A DNA stretch of 64,000 bases from Candidatus Fermentibacterota bacterium (GTDB taxonomy: Bacteria > Fermentibacterota > Fermentibacteria > Fermentibacterales > JCC-6). Positions within the stretch are counted from its first letter, which is position 1. Each line of letters opens with the position of its first letter. Shown piece after piece: positions 29,901 to 38,180 of this stretch. Under the pieces are notes generated by a model that did not search any database, was not told the DNA's origin, and was given only the letters and a program-made list of their open reading frames with translations. The stretch lies in the NCBI GenBank assembly GCA_963845085.1, contig CAWJQI010000005.1, positions 224,001 through 288,000 of the forward strand, in the 5' to 3' direction. The position numbers were made by a program, and so were the translations under genes.

Positions 29901-30618
29901 CTGGCATTCTGAGCGGCCCTGTGTACGGGTCAACCTGACCGAAGTATGTCGGAACCGGCGCCACAGACCTGGGAATTCTGTGATAACCCACGATTGGAGA
30001 ATCGTCCACAAGATCCTGGAACGCACCGAGGCCGATGCTGCTCCATACCGCCTCCGTGCTGTCGAATGAAAGTGATGCGCTGATCGAGGAAACGGTCACA
30101 AGTGTACTGTCGGAAGCCCGGTACCTCGCCGGAAACAGCTGGACCTTCAACAACCGCTGACCGCAGATCCGCATCTCGCCGATGACCCGTGCCATTTCAC
30201 CTGGCCAAAATGAAGCTGAGACGTATGCTGTCGAATCCTGAACGAATGAATCAACAACAGCCGGGGTGTACTCATACGATATCACCTGTGCCGACGCCGG
30301 GTAGACCGGGTCTACATGCCACTCCTGCAGTCCGGCCCAGGCAAAATCGAGTTCCGGCGTCACGCTGTCAGGCAGTGCAATCATACAGGTGATCATGGGA
30401 AGTTCGGGGTAGCCTATACTGTCGGTTACCGGCGAACCGGTGAACCTGATGAACTCAAGGTTGTCGTGCTCCACGCGTTCCCAGAAGAGGGGAGTTTGGG
30501 CGATAAAGACCACCCTGGAACTGTCCGAGACTGTAGTCCTGATGAGGGGAGTATCTGCGAGAAGTACTGAAGAGATTACCAGAAGTGAAAAGCACTGAAG
30601 GAAGTGGTTTGATCTCAT
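26908..30618 (-). CDS. gingipain-like C25 cysteine peptidase with propeptide, CARDB and FG-GAP repeats
   Basis: Propeptide IGYPELP, DYVII, YLLLIGD, VGRL, FSNHG (His), LLCCSAG (Cys), FNLLGDPAL, VRNNGAQDS (CARDB), DIDRDGVVE, WPQFQHD..RTG. Confidence 0.85.
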   Translation of the reverse strand: MRSNHFLQCFSLLVISSVLLADTPLIRTTVSDSSRVVFIAQTPLFWERVEHDNLEFIRFTGSPVTDSIGYPELPMITCMIALPDSVTPELDFAWAGLQEWHVDPVYPASAQVISYEYTPAVVDSFVQDSTAYVSASFWPGEMARVIGEMRICGQRLLKVQLFPARYRASDSTLVTVSSISASLSFDSTEAVWSSIGLGAFQDLVDDSPIVGYHRIPRSVAPVPTYFGQVDPYTGPLRMPDYVIICASGLYAQCQDAIDDLAEHRVELNDFDVALVTTDDIFDDFGQGQLLLTDYTIREFTEHMWNNWTQTSGKKPGYLLLIGDHEESDYSDEPWYLPTHEYLAPFGAGMIGNDEWYVYFAELQSVDNAVPSMFVGRLSVKNGGEHAPDTLSTLIQNMIDLEQPITSQPITDYRRRILRLAGTGDPIEGVFHQNFGIDNEPLDLWASGFADWTSYGYVSHYCGDGRWFTDEESDQSPMKSSEWVQNCITEFGRGAGVAFFSNHGELHMFSAGLEWCEWLYEFGDDTKGCRDSTFNNYQIEQHLTGTAQGYSAPFSLLLCCSAGTFNHTLYEHENRESHTYFCFDDESDTMPFNFSSDCLAERILKNTAVPVAGVFCGSRPSDMDCYEYYGKGILEAIYARGHGRLGDAIASARNQHIDYFISQSGSGLPALGQFNLLGDPALDISDRVRYPDKCDLSIYGGEIVVSQYPEETSTGLDLPLQFRVRNNGAQDSDECDIRITFRNGANTFTDYIECDPIDAGGYQDFQYTWDCSAWFQPPIDLTVSITVDYEEVCDDCWWHNNDASVTVGFNDTYPVFGGWIQLVDEVVSTTPVLANIDNDPDLEVIVLVGNTLTAFEEDGGEIWSVAREGFSSSIQILASDLGNDGETEFILASDDGIKVVSADGDVLQTIQLATGVFCVGEMESTQGLELCAAVGNTLYLYTWNSLVQSFSANSTKQLSLPNEPIEYSLACADLDNNSYADAVYCCGYSIAAPPPATGYNALVVYDWETGGTPFVQSRSEPGLPVTPAAGRLGGEYLVGYPYRKYRYRSENPALIVEPDGLIEEECEVGTCDADNLRYGVFADWNPGIQGADTFVLPSEMETLAWDKYGEPFGNWPTGEFSGASISSPISPAALGNIDNAGYADVLFSTLLDGKCILLAYESSSNPPVNSDFPITLPDNVTSFGGFSIADIDRDGVVEMVFGTSDGYLHCWELGACTSGYAPWPQFQHDEGRTGVLQ

Positions 30619-31042
30619 GGAAACCAGCCCCTTTTACATCAAGTAAAATACTGTTGGTGTTATAAATGTTGGGATGAGCAAAAACTGTCAATGGGTCTTG
30701 CCTCTCACGGCATCATGAAAGCTGTTCAATCTGAGGAAATCTTCGCTGGAACAAGCCGTTGCGTTCTGAAGTGGAAGAGTTCAATTTTTAGTGCTTTTAT
30801 TACCGCCCTGCGCCATGCTGTTATTTCACAATACCAGCATCCCGAACAGGCTATCTCCATGCTTTCCAGTCGCTTTCAGCCTTGATGCGAAAGTTCTAAA
30901 AGCGTCCGCCGAGGCGTACCTTTCTGGCATCTGCTGTCCCGGTTCTCCGCCACTTCACGCTGCCCGCGTAAATCATCATTGTTGACTGCTCGATTGATAT
31001 CAAGCAAGGATTGCCGAACGATGGAGACACAGGAGGACCCTG

Positions 31043-31477
31043 ATGCGCTTTGCTACTCTAATTCTTCTCGTTATGGTCACTTCGGTTATGGCTTCCTACA
31101 GCCGGTTCCCGGAAGACCCACCGGGCGTTGATGTCATCGACAGGGCATTCTTCAGGGAAATTGTTGATGGAGAAGAATACGTCGTTTACCTCATCATGTA
31201 CAATCAGAACGATCTGGGCACTTTGGATGTGATAAGCGGAACGCTCTCGTCAGGAAGTTATCTCTGGGAGACTGTTTTTTCGTGGAAACCTCTCGGCATC
31301 CTTTCAGAGCCCGTCCGTTTCGATCCCGGAAGTGTGATAGACATGCAGCTGTCCGGTTCCTCGTTGATCATCACATGGCTGGACAAGTTCAACAGTACGT
31401 ATGTCGAGGGGGCAGCCTCCCTGTATCTTGAATACGACCTTCAAAGCGGGAGTGCCGAAGAGGTCTGGAGTGACTGA
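31043..31477 (+). CDS. hypothetical secreted protein
   Basis: AGGAGG RBS; signal peptide MRFATLILLVMVTSVMA. Confidence 0.65.
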   Translation: MRFATLILLVMVTSVMASYSRFPEDPPGVDVIDRAFFREIVDGEEYVVYLIMYNQNDLGTLDVISGTLSSGSYLWETVFSWKPLGILSEPVRFDPGSVIDMQLSGSSLIITWLDKFNSTYVEGAASLYLEYDLQSGSAEEVWSD

Positions 31478-31569
31478 GGGAGCCTGACAAAACTCATTGA
31501 ACGGGTTCCGCGTTTTAAGGGATTTGCCTGAAAAACTTGGCACACGAATGTTCAGCGAACGGAGAATTC

Positions 31570-32685
31570 ATGATCCCGGCGCTTGTTCTGCTTCTCGCTT
31601 CACTTTCCGCCAGCCCCTGCGTTCCCCTCAAATCCATGGAGGACACGGACAGCCCTCTCATAAACCTCGACGACGGACCCCATGTGTACTGGCGCAATGA
31701 TTCAACCATCGTGGTGTTCAGTTTTATCGACGGAAGACTGGAACAGGAGACCCGCTCCGCCGCCGACACGACAATGCTCGAGTGTTCATTCCGTGAAGGC
31801 GGGGCGTTCATCATCCCGACTGCCGCTCCAGAACGTGTCTCCTGCGAGTTCGAGGATGTGCCGGGGATACTTGCAGTGAGTGACGTGCACGGAGAATACG
31901 AACATCTTCTCGGAATCCTGCATGCAGCGGGCGTTGTCGACGACAGTGGTTGCTGGTCATGGGGAGGCGGCCACCTCGTGATAGTCGGTGACGTTATGGA
32001 TCGCGGCCCCTCCGTGACTGAATGCCTCTGGCTCATCCACCGGCTGGAGCGTGAAGCCCGAAACGCCGGAGGTGCGGTGCACTTCGTTCTCGGCAACCAT
32101 GAGCTGATGGTGCTGCGCGGCGACCTTCGCTACGTAAACCAGCGATACCTTGACGGCATTGCCGGCCCCACAGGAATTGACTACGGCGACCTTTTCGGCC
32201 CCGACATGGAACTGGGGCGCTGGCTTAGGACAAGGCCGGTTGCTGTCCGACTCAACGGCATCCTTTTCGTGCATGCGGGCATGGCGCCGGAATCGGTTGC
32301 TCCGAACCTCCTCCACATCGATGAAATCAACGAACTGGCCCTGCGGGGGCTTGGGCAGACCACGGTGGGCGTGGCTCTCAACGACGAGCTGGGAATGCTC
32401 TTCGGAGCCCTGGGGCCGTTCTGGTACCGGGGTTACCACTACGCCATGGAGGGAGTTTACCCCGAAGCAACCGGTGAAGAGATCGACCGGCTGCTCGAAT
32501 TCCACCAGGTTGATCGCATAGTGGTTGGCCACACCGAACATGACAGCCTGTCCGTCCTTCATGATGGCAGGGTGATCGCCATCGATGTTCCTGCCGGGGA
32601 GCTTGGCGGCCTGCAGGCTCTCCTGTGGGAGGATGGCAGTTTCTACCGCCTGGATGCCGACGGAGGAACAACGCTCATTCCCTGA
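31570..32685 (+). CDS. secreted metallophosphoesterase (Shewanella-like phosphatase type)
   Basis: Motifs SDVHG, GDVMDRG, LGNHE, FVHAG, PFWYRGY, VVGHT. Confidence 0.9.
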   Translation: MIPALVLLLASLSASPCVPLKSMEDTDSPLINLDDGPHVYWRNDSTIVVFSFIDGRLEQETRSAADTTMLECSFREGGAFIIPTAAPERVSCEFEDVPGILAVSDVHGEYEHLLGILHAAGVVDDSGCWSWGGGHLVIVGDVMDRGPSVTECLWLIHRLEREARNAGGAVHFVLGNHELMVLRGDLRYVNQRYLDGIAGPTGIDYGDLFGPDMELGRWLRTRPVAVRLNGILFVHAGMAPESVAPNLLHIDEINELALRGLGQTTVGVALNDELGMLFGALGPFWYRGYHYAMEGVYPEATGEEIDRLLEFHQVDRIVVGHTEHDSLSVLHDGRVIAIDVPAGELGGLQALLWEDGSFYRLDADGGTTLIP

Positions 32686-32921
32686 TCACCCGTTCCGTCC
32701 CCGCGGGCTTCCTCCCGTTGTTCTGCTTGAGAAGGGGCTGCCCCGCACATGCGTGGATATGCTGTCGTCAGTGCATGCATGAATTTATTCGCATTATCGC
32801 CTTAATCAGCCATACTTGACGTACGGGGTCAACATGCATATGTCAGTTCCGCTGCTCCGCCTGCTTGTCGAGGGGTTGGCAAGCAGAATGACAGCATCAC
32901 TTTAGGGGAGGGGGCTGACAC

Positions 32922-33920
32922 ATGAAGGCAATTCGTGGCACTCCGCTCATCATCTCCGCAGTTCTGTTGCTCTTGTCCGGCTGCCAGGATGGACCCGGCA
33001 TCATGGATCCTGCCGATTTCGAACTGACCACGGGCCCAAAATCCGATCCGATGGAATACCCGATCTGGGCCGGGCAGAACATCCTTGTGGGAAGCCTCGC
33101 CATATCGAACGACGAGGAATACCTGTACGTGACCTACACCCTGTTCGACGGCTGGGAACTAACTGAAACCCACGTTCACGTAGCTGCTGATCTTGCCGGC
33201 GTACCGGTGAACAGGAACGGAATACCCATACCGGGCCAGTTCGACTATGGTGACACCCATGACCCAACGGTGGCGGTCTTCACGCTGCCGATTCCGCTGG
33301 CATCGTATGCTTTCGTGCCCGGGGACGAAATCGTCGTGGCTGCGCACGCCGAGGTAACGAAATACGATGAGCAGTCACAGCAGTACATCACCGAAACGGC
33401 GTGGGGCGGCGACCAGCCCGGCCCGGGGAACCGCTGGTGGTTCTATGCGTTGTACACGCTTCAGACCTCCGGGGAGGAGGAAGAGTCCGGCAACGAGACT
33501 GCCTGGGCCAGGATGTACGATGACCCGTACGACTTCACTTACGACAACCCAAACACCACCAGCTGGGCCACGTATGTAAGGGTGGTGCCTTCAGAAGGCG
33601 GAAGCGGCGAGACCAAGGACTACAGTACATTCTACTTTTACGCCGGTCAGCACTACAGGGTCGGGGAGGTTTACATCTCGAGGGATGCCGGTTACCTCTA
33701 TGTGCAGGTTGTCCTCGACAACACGTACCTTCTCGCGGAAAGCCACCTGAACGTGCAGCTCGACGAGTACCTTCTAGGCAGCGCACCCGGTCAGTTCCCG
33801 TACATTGTTGAGCATGATCCCTATGCAAGCGGCTACATCTTCTCCATCCCATGGGATCCCGCCTGGACAGACCAGGAACTTTGTGTAGCGCTCCATGGAA
33901 CGGTCTACGGAGAATACTGA
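32922..33920 (+). CDS. lipoprotein with an internally duplicated domain
   Basis: Lipobox LSGC; two copies of AGQ...VG......D..YLYV......L.E.H..V.....PGQF.Y...V..H. Confidence 0.75.
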   Translation: MKAIRGTPLIISAVLLLLSGCQDGPGIMDPADFELTTGPKSDPMEYPIWAGQNILVGSLAISNDEEYLYVTYTLFDGWELTETHVHVAADLAGVPVNRNGIPIPGQFDYGDTHDPTVAVFTLPIPLASYAFVPGDEIVVAAHAEVTKYDEQSQQYITETAWGGDQPGPGNRWWFYALYTLQTSGEEEESGNETAWARMYDDPYDFTYDNPNTTSWATYVRVVPSEGGSGETKDYSTFYFYAGQHYRVGEVYISRDAGYLYVQVVLDNTYLLAESHLNVQLDEYLLGSAPGQFPYIVEHDPYASGYIFSIPWDPAWTDQELCVALHGTVYGEY

Positions 33921-33937
33921 CCCGCCGGCAACCCATA

Positions 33938-33969
33938 AAAAGCCGCCATGCACGTGCATGGCGGCTTTT
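33938..33969. terminator. bidirectional terminator (perfect palindrome)
   Basis: AAAAGCCGCCATGCAC|GTGCATGGCGGCTTTT between convergent genes. Confidence 0.85.
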
Positions 33970-33988
33970 CTTCGTGCGTCAGGGTGTG

Positions 33989-35683
33989 CTACAGCAGGAT
34001 CATCCTTGTCGTGGCCGTTCCGAGTACGGTTTCGATCCGAACCAGGTAAACGCCTGCGGGAACGGAAGCCCCGCTGTTGCCGGTTCTGTTCCAGCTGACC
34101 GCAGGATTGTTCACGGTGACGGAGTGGCTGAGTTCACCGACAAGCCTTCCCGACAGGTCGAAAATGCTTATTGATGCGGTCTCCCCTGCCAGCCCCCCGA
34201 AGGTGAAGCATACCGCACCCGCCGAAGGGTTTGGTGATATCCGCAGGTACGCCTGCCCGCCCTCCTGGCCGGCTATCCCCAGGTACTCGCCCATGGTTCC
34301 GTCGGACTGGATGTTCTGGGCATAGATGCCCGTGCCAGTTCTTGCGTCCGTCCAGGCATAGTAGGCTCCATCGGCGTATCCGGGGCAGACCACGGGGTCA
34401 TCCTTCGCACCAAGGCTTCCCGCGGAGATGGTGACGGGACCCCACATCACCGCACCCGAGAAATCGAGCTTCATCACCCGGAGGGCCGTGTTCACGGGGT
34501 CGATCAGGTACGAGACGAGTATCCCGTCGGAAGAGACGACTGCGTCGACGAAGGATATCTGGGCCGATCCAAGCGGAACGAGTTCGAGCCCGCTGTCGGT
34601 CCACATCCTGTCACCAGTGCCGGAGAACTTCTGGCCGTAGACCCCGTAATTGTTCTGGTTGCCGTCGCTTTCAACCCAGAACGCGAAGCATTCACCGGCT
34701 GAATTCATGAGGGCGGAAGGGTTCATATGCAGCCTGTCCGAGGAGTTGGTCGAAGCCTGGGCGCCGTTGAACGGGAAGAGGTTGATGCCTTCGCTGTCGA
34801 GATGCTGCACCCAGACGTCGAAGGAGTTCACCGAAGGTGAATCGTACCAGTAACAGAGCGCGCCGCCTGCGCCATCCTCCCTCATGCCGGGGAAGGTCCA
34901 GGGAGTGATCGCTCCGGTATTGTAGACGAGCACAGGGCTGTCTCCCCACGTACCCACGCCGTCAACGTCGAGCATGTCGGCGTAGAGGTGAGTAACGGTC
35001 ATGGGGTACGAGCCCGTCGAGTTCTTCCACAGGACTATGACGCTGTCCTGACCGGCGGGGATGATCTCCGGAGAGGACAGATCGGATGACGCACTCGTCA
35101 TGACGATCCCGTAGTCGCCCCAGAGCTTCTCACCGGTTGGGGACAGTTTCTGGAACACCAGGCAGGCCGTGTCGTCGGACCTGCCCCAGGCAAAGACGCA
35201 GTTCCCCTCCCCTGTCACCGCAACAACAGGGTTGGGTTCAAAACCCGGGACCGATGGATCGGAGAGACAAATTCCATCCACACCCCACAGGAAATCGCCG
35301 GAACTGCTAATCATGTATGCGGAAACATCCAGTTCGCCCGAGGCGTTCCGTTCGTCGGAGAATGTGAGGATGGCGTTGTCCGACCCGTCCACAGCCATGG
35401 AGTAGTCGACGAGCCAGCTCATCTGGGGCTGGCTGCTCACAAGGATGCCGTCATCTTCGAATTGAGGCACTCCCTGGTAATCCAGCCGCTGCAGATACAT
35501 GGAGTACCCGCCCGACCTCTGGTCGAACCACGAGATGAAGCACCCTCCATCCGAGGTCGGCACGATCTTGGAAAGCACCTGCTCGCCCGTGAGGTTGCAG
35601 ATCTCAAGGTTCATCGTTGAGTCGGCGCTCCATTGTCCAAACAGAAGGAATGGAAGAAAAACCACCCATAAAACGGATTTCAT
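33989..35683 (-). CDS. secreted repeat (propeller-like) protein with T9SS CTD-like domain
   Basis: Signal peptide; repeats DG.GG....W.D.R / Q..D..G...W; C-terminal SPNPS..IFDLSGRLV..PAGVYLVR. Confidence 0.8.
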   Translation of the reverse strand: MKSVLWVVFLPFLLFGQWSADSTMNLEICNLTGEQVLSKIVPTSDGGCFISWFDQRSGGYSMYLQRLDYQGVPQFEDDGILVSSQPQMSWLVDYSMAVDGSDNAILTFSDERNASGELDVSAYMISSSGDFLWGVDGICLSDPSVPGFEPNPVVAVTGEGNCVFAWGRSDDTACLVFQKLSPTGEKLWGDYGIVMTSASSDLSSPEIIPAGQDSVIVLWKNSTGSYPMTVTHLYADMLDVDGVGTWGDSPVLVYNTGAITPWTFPGMREDGAGGALCYWYDSPSVNSFDVWVQHLDSEGINLFPFNGAQASTNSSDRLHMNPSALMNSAGECFAFWVESDGNQNNYGVYGQKFSGTGDRMWTDSGLELVPLGSAQISFVDAVVSSDGILVSYLIDPVNTALRVMKLDFSGAVMWGPVTISAGSLGAKDDPVVCPGYADGAYYAWTDARTGTGIYAQNIQSDGTMGEYLGIAGQEGGQAYLRISPNPSAGAVCFTFGGLAGETASISIFDLSGRLVGELSHSVTVNNPAVSWNRTGNSGASVPAGVYLVRIETVLGTATTRMILL

Positions 35684-35835
35684 TTCGTCCCCCCCCAATC
35701 TGTGTTGCCTCAGCTGTGCACGGAGCCTAAAGTTGAACTGGTCATGAGATACAACATGCACGGGAATATGACAATGGAGCCGGAATGACCATGCATGGCA
35801 CAAGGCTCACCACGATTAGTAAAGGCGGTCACCAA

Positions 35836-36639
35836 TCACTGATGATGTTGTCCCGGCTCGCTGGCATCGTCGGGCTCCGCTCCAAGTGCACCGAGTTCCC
35901 GGACCAGCTCACCGTATCGGTTCCAGGCCTTTTCGAATTTGAGTTCGAGTTCGGAAATCGACCCGACCTTGAGAAGATCCTCCACCAGCGCCGCATCCTC
36001 GGGCGGATAATCCCTGTATCCGTACCGAAGCCCGAAATCAGCCCTGCATGGGCGATGGCTCAGGTTCAGCATGATCGCAAGGTTCCGCGCAACGAACTGG
36101 AAGTAGAATGGAAACGCTTCGGAGAACCTTCCCCTTGCCAGGGCCTTGCGGATCTCGAGAACCATCAGGAATTCCTGAGCCACAGCCATCCTGTAAAGCT
36201 TCCGTGACCTTTCGAGCACCTGGCCGGAAGGGGTCGGCGTCGTGTCGACAACCGGTTCCTTCTCGAACCACACCACGGCGTTCCCGTGACGATCGGAAGC
36301 CGTGAACTTGTCGGGCAGCGATTTTCTGATGAAGGCCGCATCGAGGTAGTAGAGCTCGGGTGTGTCCCTCAGCCGATAGAAACACTGGGAGAAGCCGTGC
36401 CACGCAGGCTCAGGTACCCGGAACCTGCGTTCTATGCCGTACCGTCCCTCCAGGAACTCATCCAGCAGGGATATGACGACCTCAACCGAATCATCCCCGC
36501 AGACCACGGCCAGATCAAGGTCGGAGTACTCGTCATGCCAGCCCGTTGCGGCGGAACCGCCCTCCCACGCTGCGACGACTTCGTCCCGGCCGAACAGGAA
36601 TCCGCTCAATTCTTTCGATATCTGTTCCGGAGTGTGCAT
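35836..36639 (-). CDS. nucleotidyltransferase domain protein
   Basis: WEGGSAATG..DEYSDLDL Pol-beta-type motif. Confidence 0.75.
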   Translation of the reverse strand: MHTPEQISKELSGFLFGRDEVVAAWEGGSAATGWHDEYSDLDLAVVCGDDSVEVVISLLDEFLEGRYGIERRFRVPEPAWHGFSQCFYRLRDTPELYYLDAAFIRKSLPDKFTASDRHGNAVVWFEKEPVVDTTPTPSGQVLERSRKLYRMAVAQEFLMVLEIRKALARGRFSEAFPFYFQFVARNLAIMLNLSHRPCRADFGLRYGYRDYPPEDAALVEDLLKVGSISELELKFEKAWNRYGELVRELGALGAEPDDASEPGQHHQ

Positions 36640-36794
36640 TCCGTTTCCCCCCACCGTTAAGGGCATGCCTGATCCGCTATTCAGAGGCAAATATAAAAAC
36701 CATTCGATAGTCACAGCCCGGTGACAGACTGCCCTCCCACTACCTTGTCCTCAAGTGGTAGATTTAGGATGTTGATAATTCTTTCCTTTTCTTC

Positions 36795-38165
36795 ATGGAG
36801 GCAGTGATGATTCAGCGCACCGGTATAGGCGGAATACTCGCCGGTGGGTTCACCGGGAGCAGTGTTACGGTTTACGGATGGGTGAGGACTTCCCGTTCGG
36901 GGAAGAATGTTGCCTTTGCTGCGCTGAACGACGGTTCCTCAGTGATGAACCTGCAGGTCGTGTTCGACCGCCAGGTATTCTCCGACGAGCTTCTTTCGGG
37001 GCTCCAGGTGGGTGCATGCGTCAGGGTGACCGGGTTTGTCGCCGAAAGCCAGGGCAGCGAGCAGCCCTTCGAGCTTCAGGCCTCCTCGCTCGAGATAGTG
37101 GGTCCCGTCGACGAGGAGTTTCCACTTCAGAAGAAGAGGCACGGTCTCGAGTTCCTTCGTACCATGCCGCACATACGGCCCCGTACGAACACATTCGGAA
37201 GCGTCTTCCGTTCAAGCCATCACCTGTCGCAGGCGATACACCGTTTCTTCGACTCCGAGGGCTTCTTCCACGTGCACACCCCCATCATCACCGAGAGCGA
37301 CTGCGAGGGCGCCGGTGAGACTTTCCGGGTGACAACGCTCCCCGCAGGGTCGTGCGATTGCGAATCCGACTACTTCAAGCGCAGGGCTTACCTCTCCGTC
37401 AGCGGGCAGCTCGAGGCTGAACCGCTCGCGCTCGCACTGGGGAAGGTCTACACCTTCGGTCCCACGTTCAGGGCCGACCCGTCCGACACCCGCACCCATG
37501 CTGCCGAGTTCTGGATGATCGAACCGGAGATGTCGTTCTTCGACCTCGAGGATGACATGGACCTCATCGAGCGCTTCGTGAAGTCATGCGCGCTGTACAT
37601 GGCGGACAAGTGCGCCTCCGATATCGCATTCTTCTCCGAGCACTACGAGAAGGGGCTTAACGAAAGGTACCGACTCATCGAGAAGGAGTTCGCAAGGGTG
37701 AGTTACACCGAGGCCGTATCCATCCTCGGCTCCGCATCATCCTCCCTCTCCTCGGTGCCTTCATGGGGTGACGATCTTGCCACCGAGCATGAGCGGTACC
37801 TCTCGGAGAAGCACTTCTGCAGGCCTGTCTTCGTAACTGACTACCCCGCATCCATGAAGCCGTTCTACATGTACCTGAATCCCGACGAGCGAACTGTCGC
37901 TGCGTGCGATCTTCTCGTTCCCGGCGTGGGCGAGATCGTCGGAGGCAGCCAGCGCGAGCACAGGCTTGAGGTGCTCAGGAAGAGGGCTGTGAACCAGGGG
38001 CTGGATCTCTCCGTCTATGCCTGGTACCTCGAACTCAGGCGGTGGGGTTCAGCGCCTCATGCAGGCTTCGGGCTTGGTTTTGAAAGGCTGTTGATGTACC
38101 TCACGGGGATGGACAACATCAGGGATGTTATCCCGTTCCCGCGCACTTTTGGAAAAATGTACTGA
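36795..38165 (+). CDS. asnS: asparagine--tRNA ligase
   Basis: OB-fold GWVRT..LNDGS, LQKKRH, DCEGAGE, SGQLEAE, GPTFRA, EFWMIEPE, GEIVGGSQRE, HAGFGLGFER. Confidence 0.95.
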   Translation: MEAVMIQRTGIGGILAGGFTGSSVTVYGWVRTSRSGKNVAFAALNDGSSVMNLQVVFDRQVFSDELLSGLQVGACVRVTGFVAESQGSEQPFELQASSLEIVGPVDEEFPLQKKRHGLEFLRTMPHIRPRTNTFGSVFRSSHHLSQAIHRFFDSEGFFHVHTPIITESDCEGAGETFRVTTLPAGSCDCESDYFKRRAYLSVSGQLEAEPLALALGKVYTFGPTFRADPSDTRTHAAEFWMIEPEMSFFDLEDDMDLIERFVKSCALYMADKCASDIAFFSEHYEKGLNERYRLIEKEFARVSYTEAVSILGSASSSLSSVPSWGDDLATEHERYLSEKHFCRPVFVTDYPASMKPFYMYLNPDERTVAACDLLVPGVGEIVGGSQREHRLEVLRKRAVNQGLDLSVYAWYLELRRWGSAPHAGFGLGFERLLMYLTGMDNIRDVIPFPRTFGKMY

Positions 38166-38180
38166 AAAGGCTGGTGTTTC

